Part shown: piece after piece, positions 16,437 through 29,121 of the stretch
Layout: every line of letters starts with the position of its first letter
Numbering within the stretch: the first letter of the stretch is position 1
Assembly (NCBI GenBank): GCA_002269645.1
Contig: NIVC01000592.1
Span: 310,001-374,000 of the forward strand
Length of the DNA: 64,000 nt
Source: Macrostomum lignano
Lineage: Eukaryota
Reading direction: 5' to 3'
The notes under the pieces: generated by a model
Databases searched by the model: none
Told to the model about the DNA's origin: nothing
Seen by the model: only the letters and a program-made list of their open reading frames with translations
Made by a program: the position numbers and the translations under genes

Positions 16437-19400
16437 ATGCACAGCCAATCAGACACCCAGGCTGGAAGCGGCAGCTTCCAATCTATTGGAGAATTCTACG
16501 CCGGCAAAGACGTGTTCATCACCGGTATAACCGGCTTCATAGGCAAGGTGCTGCTAGAGAAGCTGCTCTGGGCCTGTCCGCTGGTCGGCCGAGTCTACGC
16601 CATGATGCGCCCGAAACGGGGCCGCCCCGTGGAGGAGCGACTGGAGGTGAGGGCGAGCAGGGCAGGGATAAATGATTGATGGGGATAGACTTAATTAGCT
16701 TTGCACACTAGAGTGGCCAATCTGTGGATTGAGGGTGATCGGTATAATAGAGTGACTATAGAGAGTGACAGACAAATGTCTGATATGGCAGACATTGGAA
16801 TTAGCAATGTAAGACATGGATGAATCTGGAGTTTACAGATGCGAGCTAAAAAAGGTCTGTAGTGACAGATGAGACAGAATGGACTTGGGTGACACTTATA
16901 AGTGACAGACAGTGAGGAATCTGGAGTGACAGACAGTGAGGAATCTGGAGTGACAGAGAGGAATCTGGAGTGACAGACAGAGGAATCTGGAGTGACAGAC
17001 AGAGGAATCTGGAGTGACAGAGGAATCTGGAGTGACAGACAGAGGAATCTGGAGTGACAGACAGAGGAATCTGGAGTGACAGACAGAGGAATCTGGAGTG
17101 ACAGAGGAATCTGGAGTGACAGAGGAATCTGGAGTGACAGAGGAATCTGGAGTGACAGACAGAGGAATCTGGAGTGACAGAGGAATCTGGAGTGACAGAG
17201 GAATCTGGAGTGACAGAGGAATCTGGAGTGACAGACAGAGGAATCTGGAGTGACAGACAGAGGAATCTGGAGTGACAGACAGAGGAATCTGGAGTGACAG
17301 ACAGAGGAATCTGGAGTGACAGACAGTGAGGAATCTGGAGTGACAGACAGAGATACTGGAGTGACAGACAGAGAGGAATCTGGAGTGACAGGCCTATGGA
17401 GATGAAAGGCAGGTGAGCACCCACCATTCCCAGGAGCTGCTGGACAGCGCCCTGTTTGATCGTCTCCGACGCGACCGGCCCGACTTTCGCGACCAGATCC
17501 GGCCGGTGCAGGGCGACATGTTCGAGCCCGGCCTCGGCCTCGCGCCCGAAGCCATCGAAGAGCTTCAAGAACGCGTCAGCATTGTTTTCCACAGCGCGGC
17601 CACCGTCCGCTTCGACGAGCATCTGAAAATCGCCGTCCAAATGAACCTGGACGGGCCGCGCAAAGTGGCCGAGCTGTGCGAAGGCATGCGCAAGCTGGAA
17701 GCCTTGGTCCACGTGTCCACCGCCTACGCCAACTGCGAGCGCAAGGTGGTGGACGAGATCGTCTACGCGCCGGATGTGCACCCGCAGAAACTGCTGGACG
17801 CCATCGAGTGGATGGATGACGGCGTCTTGGAGCAGGTTGGTTTGTTTAGGCGCTATATTTTAAGAACATAGGCATTGCTGGTTGTTTAAAAGTACATTTC
17901 TACCAGTTTGTATCACTAAAGTACACATGCACCAATCGCTATTTCTAAATTGCACAAGCGTCGGTCGCTGTTAAAAAGTACACATTGCCGGTTCGCCTAT
18001 GTGTCTGTCTCTCTATGCCAGTCTGTATTGCTAAAGTACACATGTACCGGTTAGCATCAAAAAAGTACACGTGAACTAGCTAGTAATTTAAAATTACACA
18101 TTTAAGTAGCGTGAACCAAATTGTTTGCCGTCAGGTCACCCCAAAACTGCTGGGCCAGAAGCCGAATACCTACACCTTCACCAAGCAGCTTGCCGAGTTC
18201 TACCTGGTGAACAAGTTCCCCAACCTGCCGCTGATCATTGTGCGCCCATCCATTGTTGGCGCCAGCTGGGAGGACCCGTTCCCGGGCTGGGTGGACAACT
18301 TCAACGGGCCTACGGGCCTCTTTGCCGCTGTGGGCAAGGTAGGCAGACAGAGTGCTGAAAGATAAGGTGCAGCTTAATTAGACCATATTGAGTTTAATTA
18401 TTCCAAATCCACAGCTCGAAAACCCACTTTTCAAAAGGTAGAAGATCAGAAATCCCAGATTTGACAGCCCAGAAATCCCAGATTTGACAGCCCAGAAATC
18501 CCAGATCCCACAGCTCAGAAATCCCAGATCCCACAGCCCAGAACTCCCAGATCTGACAGCCCCGAAATCCCAGATCCCACAGCCCAGAAATCCCAGATCC
18601 CACAGCCCAGAAATCCCAGATCCCACAGCCCAGAAATCCCAGATCCCACAGCCCAGAAATCCCAGATCCCACAGCCCAGAAATCCCAGATCCCACAGCCC
18701 AGAAATCCCAGATCCCACAGCCCAGAAATCCCAGATCCCACAGCCCAGAAATCCCAGATCCCACAGCCCAGAAATCCCAGATCCCACAGCTCAGAAATCC
18801 CAGATCCCACAGTCCAGCAGTCGCCGCTCCCCACCGCAGGGCATGATGCGCATTATGCACGGCGACCGCAGCTGCCGGGCGGACATTGTGCCAGTGGATA
18901 TCGCCACCAACGTGCTGCTGGCCAGCGTGTGGCACCAGCGGCAGTTCAAGCCGCAGGGCAGGCAGCCGGTGTACCATGCCGTGATCGGGCCGGCCAACCG
19001 GCTCACCTGGGCGGACATTGAGACCCTGACGCCAAAGAACTTCGTGGCCCATCCTACTCAGAGTGCCATCCGCCTGCCCAAGGCAGTGTTCACCACCAAT
19101 ACGTTGTGGTACCAGGCGAACTGGCTGTTCAACCACCAGCTGCCCGCCTTCCTGTTGGATCTGTGGATGTACGCCAGCGGGAGGAAGGCAGTGTGAGTGA
19201 CAGCTTGGAATTCATTTGGGTGAACGGCGGTAGCTATTGAGTATCCATTTGGGTGAATGGCGGTAGCTATTGAGTATCCATTTGGGTGAATGGCGGTAGC
19301 TATTGAGTATCCATTTGGGTGAATGGCGGTAGCTATTGAGTATCCATTTGGGTGAATGGCGGTAGCTATTGAGTATCCGTTTGGGTGAATGGCGGTAGCT

Positions 19401-22400
19401 ATTGAGTATCCATTTGGGTGAATGGCGGTAGCTATTGAGTATCCATTTGGGTGAATGGCGGTAGCTATTGAGTATCCATTTGGGTGAATGGCGGTAGCTA
19501 TTGAGTATCCATTTGGGTGAATGGCGGTAGCTATTGAGTATCCATTTGGGTGAATGGCGGTAGCTATTGAGTATCCATTTGGGTGAATGGCGGTAGCTAT
19601 TGAGTATCCATTTGGGTGAATGGCGGTAGCTATTGGAATCCATTTGGGTGAATGGCGGTAGCTATTGAGTATCCATTTGGGTGAATGGCGGTAGCTATTA
19701 GAATTCATTTGGGTGAATGGCGGTAGATATTGAGTATCCATTTGGGTGAATGGCAGTAGCTATTGGAATCCATTTGGGTGAATGGCGGTAGCTATTGAGT
19801 ATCCGTTTGGGTGAATGGCGCTAGCTATTGAGTATCCATTTGGGTGAATGGCGGTAGCTATTGAGTATCCATTTGGGTGAATGGCGGTAGCTATTGAGTA
19901 TCCGTTTGGGTGAATGGCGGTAGATATTGAGTATCCATTTGGGTGAATGGCGGTAGCTATTGAGTATCCGTTTGGGTGAATGGCGCTAGCTATTGAGTAT
20001 CCATTTGGGTGAATGGCGGTAGCTATTGAGTATCCATTTGGGTGAATGGCGGTAGCTAGTGAAATTCGGAATTTCTTCACTTAGAATCTGTCGAATGCTT
20101 TAACGTCCAGTGGCATTTGTAAACTTTATCACGCTAAAAGTAAAACGCTCTCTAGCTGTTATATTACTTGAAAGTGAAATACTTGAAGTGCATCGCAACC
20201 TTAACATTCACGCGCATTCACGCAGCGTTAAGCGCAAAGTTTTTCTGCACCAACCCAGCTCTAGGCTAGCAGAGGCCACTGGATAATGTTAAAGCTGAGT
20301 GTGACACACACTGACGTACATTGCAGTTGAGCACGGCTTGATAGCGTGTTTCTCTGTCTCTGACCGCCTTATCTCGGCCAAATGCCCGACAATCCAGATC
20401 TGGCGCTGTTTATAATAAAGAAGCAAAAACTCTCGCATTCCACCCTGCACTGGCGCACTTGTTAGCGTAAATACTTAAAATAGAAATGGCATGTGCGCCA
20501 GTCCTGTGCGGTGACGGGTCACGCCATTCCGCTCTGGCCTGCGCGCACTTTAATGCAGTATTATTTAGTTGCATTGGGTTTTTGCAATCTGACTTCGAAT
20601 TGTATCAGATAACCGTGGCAGTCATTGAATTTTGACTCAGGTGTATGCTGTGTCTGATGGAGCTTATGTATATGCTTAACTATTCTTAAGTAAAGTAGTT
20701 TAGTTATCATCAACTGGGGATTACCCTAGATCATCGATAGAGGATTTCCCTGTATCATAAATTTTGGATTCCCCTAGATCTTCAATGTGGGATTCTCATA
20801 GATCATCAATGTGGGATTCCCCTAGATCATCAATGTGGGATTCCCCTAGATCTTCAATGTAGGATTCCCCTAGATCTTCAATGTAGGATTCCCCTAGATC
20901 TTCAATGTGGGATTCCTCTAGATCTTCAATGTGGGATTCCTCTAGATCTTCAATGTGGGATTCCCCTAGATCATCAATGTGGGATTCCCCTAGATCTTCA
21001 ATGTGGGATACCCCTAGATCTTCAATGTGAAATTCCTCTAAATCTTCAATGTGGGATTCCCCTAGATCTTCAATGTGGGATTCCCATAGATCATCAATGT
21101 GGGATTCCCCTAGATCTTCAATGTGGGATTCTGCTAGATCATCAATGTGGGATTCCTCTAGATCTTCAATGTGGGATTCCTCTAGATCTTCAATGTGGGA
21201 TTCCTCTAGATCTTCAATGTGGGATTCCCATAGATCTTCAATGTGGGATTCCCCTAGATCTTCAATGTGGGATTCCTCTAGATCTTCAATGTGGGATTCC
21301 TCTAGATCTTCAATGTGGGATTCCTCTAGATCTTCAATGTGGGATTCCCATAGATCTTCAATGTGGGATTCCCCTAGATCTTCAATGTGGGATTCTGCTA
21401 GATCATCAATGTGGGATTCCTCTAGATCTTCAATGTGGGATTCCTCTAGATCTTCAATGTGGGATTCCTCTAGATCTTCAATGTGGGATTCCCATAGATC
21501 TTCAATGTGGGATTCCCCTAGATCTTCAATGTGGGATTCTGCTGGATCATCAATGTGTGATTCCCCTAGATCATCAATGTGTGATTCCCCTAGATCATCA
21601 ATGTGGGATTCCCCTAGATCTTCAATGTGGGATTCTGCTAGATCTTCAATGTGGGATTCCTCTAGATCATCAATGTGGGATTCTGCTAGATCATCATCAT
21701 TGAAGGCCAAAAAAATCGCACAGATTAAATTCACTCCCTGCTGCCCCACCATCAACCCGAACAGATTCGTCCGCGTATCGAATCGCATCAACAAGTCCAT
21801 TCGAACTCTGGAATATTTCACCCACCGGGAATGGATGTTCAACAATGCCAATGTCATGCACGCCATGGAGTGCATGTCGCCGTCGGATCGAGTGGTAAGC
21901 AAAGTAAAATTGCTTTGATAATTATTCAATTTCTACTTTATAAGGATTATTTTAGTGCTGACATCACTTCCGGTTCAGTGTTGAGAGCATCCGTTGGAAA
22001 CTGGCATCACTTCCGGTTCAGTGTTGAGGGCATCCGTTGGAAACTGACATCACTTCCGGTTCAGTGTTGAGAGCATCCGTTGGGAACTTGGCATCACTTC
22101 CGGTTCAGTGTTGAGAGCATCCGTTGGAAACTGACATCACTTCCGGTTCAGTGTTGAGGGCATCCGTTGGAAACTGGCATCACTTCCGGTTCAGTGTTGA
22201 GAGCATCCGTTGGAAACTGACATCACTTCCAGTTTAGTGTTGAGGGCATCCGTTGGAAACTGACATCACTTCCGGTTCAGTGTTGAGGGCATCCGTTGGA
22301 AACTGACATCACTTCCGGTTCAGTGTTGAGGGCATCCGTTGGAAACTGGCATCACTTCCGGTTCAGTGTTGAGGGCATCCGTTGGAAACTGACATCACTT

Positions 22401-23011
22401 CCAGTTTATTATTATTGTTGCTATCCGTCCGACTCAGGTCTCATATTCAGTTTCTCATGTAATTGCTCTAGTTTAATAAAAATCGCTATTCGAATCCCAT
22501 TCGGACTCGCACAGGAATTCGACTGCGACGCCTCCAAGCTGGACTGGCACGAGTACCTGGAGCGCTACTGCATCGGGGTGAAGCGATATGCGCTAAAAGA
22601 AAGCGACGAAGATGTTGGCACAGCCAGGGCTCGCATTAGAAAGTAAGTCAGGTTTACTTATTTTGCTAGCCTGCTACTACTGTTTTATTCATTCCTCAGT
22701 AGGCAGAATAGGTTTTTGCTAATAGTTTGCTAATAGTTTTATCGCATAAACAGACTTAATTTACTTGGTAGGTTACGAAGCAGTTGCGTATACCTATAAA
22801 AGTATAGTTACTCCCGCCGTTTACCTTGATGATTTTTGTTTTCTCCCGCCGCAGGCTGCAACGACTGGGCCTGCTGTGGAATGTGCTGCTCTGCGTGCTG
22901 CTGTGGCGCCTGACAGTGAAGCGGGTGCCCCTGCTGCGCACCATGTGGCTGGTGATGCTCAACCTGGCCGGCTCGCTGTTCAACAAGCTGCCCCGGTTGG
23001 CCAGGTCCTAA
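16437..23011 (+). CDS. FAR: Fatty acyl-CoA reductase (NAD_binding_4 + Sterile domains, C-terminal hydrophobic segment), 527 aa, 7 exons
   Basis: Exons 16437-16646, 17434-17835, 18135-18338, 18840-19192, 21765-21894, 22515-22642, 22855-23011; all GT-AG with matching phases, total 1584 nt. Motifs [53 protein letters not shown]; AATAAA at 23251. Confidence 0.95.
16905..17395. repeat. FAR intron 1 minisatellite (18-22 bp, GAGGAATCTGGAGTGACA[GACA])
   Basis: About 23 tandem copies, ending ~40 nt before the acceptor. Confidence 0.95.
18445..18812. repeat. FAR intron 3 minisatellite (23 bp, CCCAGAAATCCCAGATCCCACAG)
   Basis: About 16 copies, ending ~27 nt before the acceptor at 18839. Confidence 0.95.
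19206..20062. repeat. FAR intron 4 minisatellite A (33 bp, GCTATTGAGTATCCATTTGGGTGAATGGCGGTA)
   Basis: About 26 copies, starting ~13 nt after the donor. Confidence 0.95.
20765..21695. repeat. FAR intron 4 minisatellite B (24 bp, GATCTTCAATGTGGGATTCCCCTA)
   Basis: About 38 copies, ending ~70 nt before the acceptor. Confidence 0.95.
21957..22405. repeat. FAR intron 5 minisatellite (43 bp, CATCACTTCCGGTTCAGTGTTGAGRGCATCCGTTGGAAACTGR)
   Basis: About 10 copies. Confidence 0.95.
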
Positions 23012-23944
23012 CCAGTGCAATCCGGAGCCTCGCCCCGCCCTAGCGACTGCAATTCCTCCACTCAGTGCTGCTCAGTCGGTATGCAGATTTCCCGGAGTTA
23101 TCATCTTGGACTATGCGAAATATTCTCCCTTTTGGCTATTTTATTTATTTATTTATTTATAGCAGATTTCAGCGGTGCCCGGCCTCGTCCGAATTTGCGT
23201 TTCGCTTCAATTCTTACTGTTCAAAGTACAAATAGCGAAAAGTACATCTTAATAAAGTTACCTTTTGATAAAAGTACAATTTTGTCTCTGAAAAGTACTT
23301 TTAATCCAATTTATAGCGCCTACAAGGGTTTTTGGCCTCTTATAAATCTCTCATCTCATACTCTTATCCGCACGGCTGTCGAATATTCAATTTGCACTAC
23401 TCAGCCTTGTGAGTAGTGTCATGCGCACGTGCGAATTCAGATTATTGTAATTTACATTAAATACTAATTGAATTTACTTGACGCATTCATTCTGGGAGGC
23501 CCCGGACGCCGCAAGATGTCCGATTGCTGGCCCTGTTAATGCACCAGGCTATTTTTTCATATTATAAACTTTGCCAACGTGTACTTTTTATTGCCCGCTA
23601 TCTATAAAAATATTATTATAATCAATTTTCTATTCTCCAGTACCCGTTGCTTTTCAGTTGTTTTTTAGTTCGTTTTTTATTAGTTTGGGGGCTCGGGCCG
23701 TTTCGTGCCGCCTCTTGACTTCGAGTTTTTGTTTTGCCTCCAGGAGCGAAGTCCGTGCTCTGCCGTCTTCTTTTACTTGTAATTGCGACTTTTTGATGAA
23801 ATCTAATTGTTATAACGGGCCGACACGACGGGGCGAAGCTTTCAGTGTCTTTGAGCACATGGCTGCCTTCCCGAGTTGAGTTTCTGAGCCTGCGCGGCAG
23901 ACAATTCCAGTTGATGTCTTCTTGGCGGCTTGTTTATTTTCTGT

Positions 23945-24830
23945 TGATTTGGCAGATTGTGGATTTGCCAGACTTTATATATGGCAGATTGTGGATTTGC
24001 CAGACTTTATATATGGCAGATTATTGATATGGCAGCTTGTGGATTTGGTAGATTGTGGATATGGCAGATTATTGGTATGGCAGATTATTGGTATGGCAGA
24101 TTATTGGTATGGCAGATTATTGGTATGGCAGATTATTGATATGGCAGATTATTGATATGGCAGATTGTGGATATGGCAGATTTCGGATTTTCAAATTGTA
24201 CATATATGATAGGTTTGTGAATACGGCAGATTGTATATGTGGTGGCTTGTGGATACGGCAGATTGTATATGTGGTGGCTTGTGGATACGGCAGATTGTAT
24301 ATGTGGTGGGTTGTGGATATGGCAGATTGTATATGTGGTGGGTTGTGGATACGGCAGATTGTATATGTGGTGGCTTGTGGATATGGCAGATTGTATATGT
24401 GGTGGCTTGTGGATATGGTAGATTGTATATGTGGTGGGTTGTGGATACGGCAGATTGTATATGTGGTGGCTTGTGGATACGGCAGATTGTATGTGGTGGC
24501 TTGTGGATAGGGCAGATTGTATATGTGGTGGGTTGTGGATAGGGCAGATTGTATATGTGGTGGCTTGTGGATACGGCAGATTGTATATGTGGTGGCTTGT
24601 GGATACGGCAGATTGTATATGTGGTGGCTTGTGGATACGGCAGATTGTATATGTGGTGGCTTGTGGATATGGCAGATTGTATATGTGGTGGCTTGTGGAT
24701 ATGGCAGATTGTATATGTGGTGGCTTGTGGATACGGCAGATTGTATATGTAGTGGCTTGTGGATACGGCAGATTGTATATGTGGTGGGTTGTGGATACGG
24801 CAGATTGTATTTGTGGTGGCTTGTGGAATC
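23945..24830. repeat. Compound minisatellite (16-bp GGCAGATTATTGGTAT grading into 32-bp GGCAGATTGTATATGTGGTGGCTTGTGGATAC)
   Basis: Shared GGCAGATT core; unit length changes along the array. Confidence 0.95.
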
Positions 24831-25439
24831 GGCAGCATGGCATGAACTGAGAATGTTAGATAACGGTCAGAGCGGCTTCTCATGCGCTACCGAGGTGCAC
24901 TTGATAGACTCGCACTTGAAACTGAGAGGCCATTAGCATGACTTCAACTGCTGCAAAAGAATTGCCTGACTCATAAATTAATTTGTCAAGATTGGCATTC
25001 CTAAGCTCGGCGGCCCGAGTATGGCTGCTGTGCAAATCTGCCCAGCATTTCTTCTGTTATTCTAAGCGGTTGAGAACAGTAGAATTTTTGTAGCAAAAAT
25101 GAAACGAAAATAGTCTTCTATATCTAGACATTGTTTGCAGTAGCTTCTCTCTCGCAACTTCTGTAGGAATGCTCACAGCATTGAGCTGCCTTTGAGAACT
25201 TTCCTAGCCAGCGCATGCCTTTCTGAGCAAACTGTCAGCTTCTGTAAACTGTCTTGGCGTTTCTTCGAAAATATGGGCCAGACAGCTGACCTGTTTGCAC
25301 CGGCCTCTGATGTCCCCGCCTCTGTGCAGCTCGAATGAAACAGGCACCATTGGGGTTCCTATACTAGAAATAGCATGCCTGTGAGCTGCCAATATTGCTG
25401 AGGAATTTGCTTCTTGATGTCATATTTTGTCTGCCATCC

Positions 25440-26560
25440 CTCCACTTCTCAATTTCCCCTTCTCCATCTCCCTCTACTCCGTCTCCCTCTCTTCTCCATC
25501 TCCCTCTCCCTCCATCTCCCTCTCTCCTCCATCTCCCTCTCCTCCATCTCCCTCTCTTCTCCATCTCCCTCCCCTCCATCTCCCTCTCCTCCATCTCCCT
25601 CTACTCCGTCTCCCTCTCTTCTCCATCTCCCTCTCCCTCCATCTCCCTCTCTCCTCCATCTCCCTCTCCTCCATCTCCCTCTCTTCTCCATCTCCCTCCC
25701 CTCCATCTCCCTCTCCTCCATCTCCCTCTCCTCCATCTCCCTCTCCTCCATCTCCCTCTCTCCTCTATCTCCCTCTCTTCTCCATCTCCCTCCCCTCCAT
25801 CTCCCTCTCCTCCATCTCCCTCTCCTCCACCTCCCTCTCCTCCATCTCCCTCTCTCCTCCATCTCCCTCTCTTCTATCTCCCTCTCTTCTTCATCACCCT
25901 CTCCTCCATCTCCCTCTCCTCCATCTCCCTCTCTTCTCCATCTCCCTCTCTCCTCCACCTCCCTGTCCTCCATCTCCCTCTCCTCCACCTTCCTGTCCTC
26001 CATCTCCCTCTCTCCTCCATCTCCCTCTCTTCCATCTCCCTCTCTTCCATCTCCCTCTCCTCCATCTCCCTCTCTCCTCCACCTCCCTGTCCTCCATCTC
26101 CCTCTCCTCCACCTTCCTGTCCTCCATCTCCCTCTCTCCTCCACCTCCCTCTCCTCCATCTCCCTCTCCTCCATCTCCCTCTCCTCCATCTCCCTCTCCT
26201 CCATCTCCCTCTCCTCCATCTCCCTCTCTTCTCCATCTCCCTCTCCTCAATCTCCCTGTCCTCCATCTCCCTCTCTTCCATCTCCCTCTCTTCTCCATCA
26301 CCCTCTCCTCCATCTCCCTCTCTTCTCCATCTCCCTCTCCTCCATCTCCCTCTCTCCTCCATCTCCCTCTCTCCTCCATCTCCCTCTCTTCCATCTCCCT
26401 CTCTCCTCCACCTCTCTCTCCTCCATCTCCCTCTCCTCCATCTCCCTCTCCTCCATCTCCCTCTCCTCCATCTCCCTCTCCTCCATCACCCTCTCCTCCA
26501 TCTCCCTCTCTCCTCCACCTCTCTCTTCTCCACCTCCCTCTCCTCCACCCCCTCTCTCGT
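25440..26560. repeat. CT-rich ~15-bp repeat (CTCCATCTCCCTCT)
   Basis: Pyrimidine-rich tandem array; overlapping ORFs are low-complexity artefacts. Confidence 0.95.
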
Positions 26561-27004
26561 CTTGCTCCCGCCCCATCCCCTTGCGGCAAGCACTCAGTCA
26601 AAAGCAGAAGCCTTTGGCAAGAGATTTGATTGGCAACTGGTTAGCACTATTTGCAGCTGTGGCACTCGTATATATTCACTTATCATAGCAACTAGTTAGA
26701 ACTCTAAAAATGTGATATCAAATTGTACAATCAGGTATTGAGAATTGTTTGTGTAGCAATTAGCAATGAGCAGCACTTCTCAAACGCGTGTACATTGGAG
26801 GTAATAAAAATTTATAAAACATAAAAACTCCGAATACAAAAAATAGTCGAATTCCATACTAGGGAAGTTCATGTTCAGAACTAGCAAAAATTGGTTTTCA
26901 ATATCGGCGGCAACGGATCGGACATGAAAATGCAGCCAAGGGGTCAGGACCGTCAGTTCGGTGAGGACATGTACAGTTAATGCTATTCAGCCACCTGCAC
27001 GCGT

Positions 27005-28289
27005 CTAGAACTTGAATGTGCTTTTCGTCTTGCCCGGCTCCTTGTGCCGCTTGCTGTGCAGCTGCAGGTGGTCGGACCGGCTGAACTGCTTCGGGCACAG
27101 CATGCAGCGGAACGGCTTCTCGCCCGTGTGAATTCGCTGATGGCGCACCAGCTCGTCTGACCGGGGGAACGACCAGCTGCAGCCTGGCCACGTGCAGTGG
27201 AACGGCCGCTCCTCTGCGGGTGAGGGAAATTCGTTGCCTGGTGCCGAGATCAGCTGATTGGCGGGCTGGCTACCCTCCCTCTGATTGGCGGGCTGGCTAG
27301 CCTCATTCTGATTGGCGGGCTGGCTAGCCTCATTCTGATTGGCGGGCTGGCTAGCCTCCCTCTGATTGGCGGGCTGGCTATAGCCTCCCTCTGATTGGCG
27401 GGCTGGCTAGCCTCCCTCTGATTGGCGGGCTGGCTAGCCTCCCTCTGATTGGCGGGCTGGCTAGCCTCCCTCTGATTGGCGGGCTGGCTAGCCTCCCTCT
27501 GATTGGCGGGCTGGCTAGCCTCCCTCTGATTGGCGGGCTGGCTAGCCTCCCTCTGATTGGCGGGCTGGCTAGCCTCCCTCTGATTGGCGGGCTGGCTAGC
27601 CTCTCTCTGATTTGCCAGCCTCCACTTTCATTTGTGGACTGGAGCATCAAGCTGTTGGGCCCAATTTTCATAATTATTTAAATTTTCATCGTCAGTTTTT
27701 ATAAGCCAAGATTCCTGTGCGGATAGGAATTAACATTTTAGTTCAGGCCTGAAGCAGTTCCCCAGCTATTTAAATTTCCCACCATGAACTCACCATTGTG
27801 CGAGCGCAGGTGCGTCTTCAGGTGCGAGTTCTTGAGATAGGCCTTGCAGCACCCCTGGTGGGGGCACACGAAGTTTCTCGGCCGGTCGCTCGGCGCCCCC
27901 GACTGCGCCGCCGCCGTCTGCTGCGGGTCGCCGCTGCTGCCGGTGGTGGCGCGGCTGCTGACGGACGCCGAGCTCACCTGGTCGTCTATCGGCATCAGGA
28001 ACTTCTCCCAGTCGTCCTCGGTGGCGGCAGCCGCGGCAGCAGCGGCATCCATGGTGACATCGGCGGTCAGGATGCAGTCGTCCAGCATCAGGTCGGGCAG
28101 GTCCCGGCAGCACTGCGGCCCGACTGCCATCGCAGAAGATATCGCCGTCCAGTTCGACATTTCGTTCGACAGGTAGAAAGCAGGCGACGTTGTCGCTGCC
28201 GCGGCTGCCGCAGCTTCCTCGAACTCCCCGAACAGCATCAGCTGGTCGGCCTCCGGCTCCGTCTTGACGCCAGCTGAGGACGGGTTCAT
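27005..28289 (-). CDS. KLF: Kruppel-like factor (three C2H2 fingers), 234 aa, 2 exons
   Basis: Exons 28289-27794 and 27213-27005 (GTGAGT/CAG, phase 1). ZF1 [25 protein letters not shown]2 [25 protein letters not shown]3 [21 protein letters not shown] (KLF signature RSDEL/RSDHL). Confidence 0.93.
27255..27620. repeat. KLF intron minisatellite (27 bp, CTGATTGGCGGGCTGGCTAGCCTCCCT)
   Basis: About 13 copies, ending ~40 nt from the acceptor. Confidence 0.95.
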
Positions 28290-29121
28290 CGCGCTCACGA
28301 GTCTGTGTTGTTTCCTGGAAAACAGGCAGGCTTTGCCAGCTCTGCCCTGCTGCGTCTCTAGTCTTATTTAGAGGTCTCCGCCGCCGTCCCAGCCGCTCGG
28401 CCGGCCGCCATTGGCTGCAACTGTGGCCACCTCGCCTGAGGTGAAAAACTCTCGCTGCCGAGCCTCCCACGCCTGCCGACAGCCCGGCGCCTCCGAGTGG
28501 CCACTCGAGGCCGGGTCAGGAAAGGGGGGTTCGGCGCTCAGCCTCTGTCCTTCTCTTGTCATTTTTCGGATCTCATTTCTCTTGTTAAAAGATTGAAAAT
28601 CTTTCAATGCCTGCTAATTAAGGTCGCCATAATAAGACTGCGACAGAAGCGAAGTGTTTGTTATTCTTCTCAACTGCTCTTTTTCTATTTAACAGAAGGT
28701 CACCTGCCAACATTTGAAGTTCTGCTCACGCAGTGGAAAGATGACAGAAGTTCGAGTTTTGTTTTTAATTTTTTTTCGAATTTCGCCTATGCTGTTTTGC
28801 AGCATCAAACAGTCCCGAGAGACACTACAAACTTTGAACGATGCTTTGAAATGACATCTTGAACTTTCAAAAGTCGCAAATGCATGAGAGAAGATTTTAG
28901 CTTTATCAACACGAATAAATTCCTAAAATATCACCTTCTCAGCTTCCCAATTCTATTTGAGGATAGCATATGGGCTTCGTTCGAAGTCTTGCGGACCGAA
29001 TTTCTCTTGGTTTGGAAGTCCTTGGGTGTTTAAAAGCCACCTCGAGAACTGAACCAACTGTCAGTCAGGCTTAAATGTGTTTTTATAACTTAGCTTCGCT
29101 TAGCGATGCTTAGCGATGAGC

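Noticed and set aside
21957-22405. CRISPR-like appearance of 30-45 bp repeats (here and at 57190-58470)
   Set aside because: Head-to-tail units with no unique spacers, no cas genes, eukaryotic context.
25364-26699. Multiple Ser/Pro/Leu- and Glu/Arg-rich ORFs
   Set aside because: Low-complexity CT repeat on both strands.
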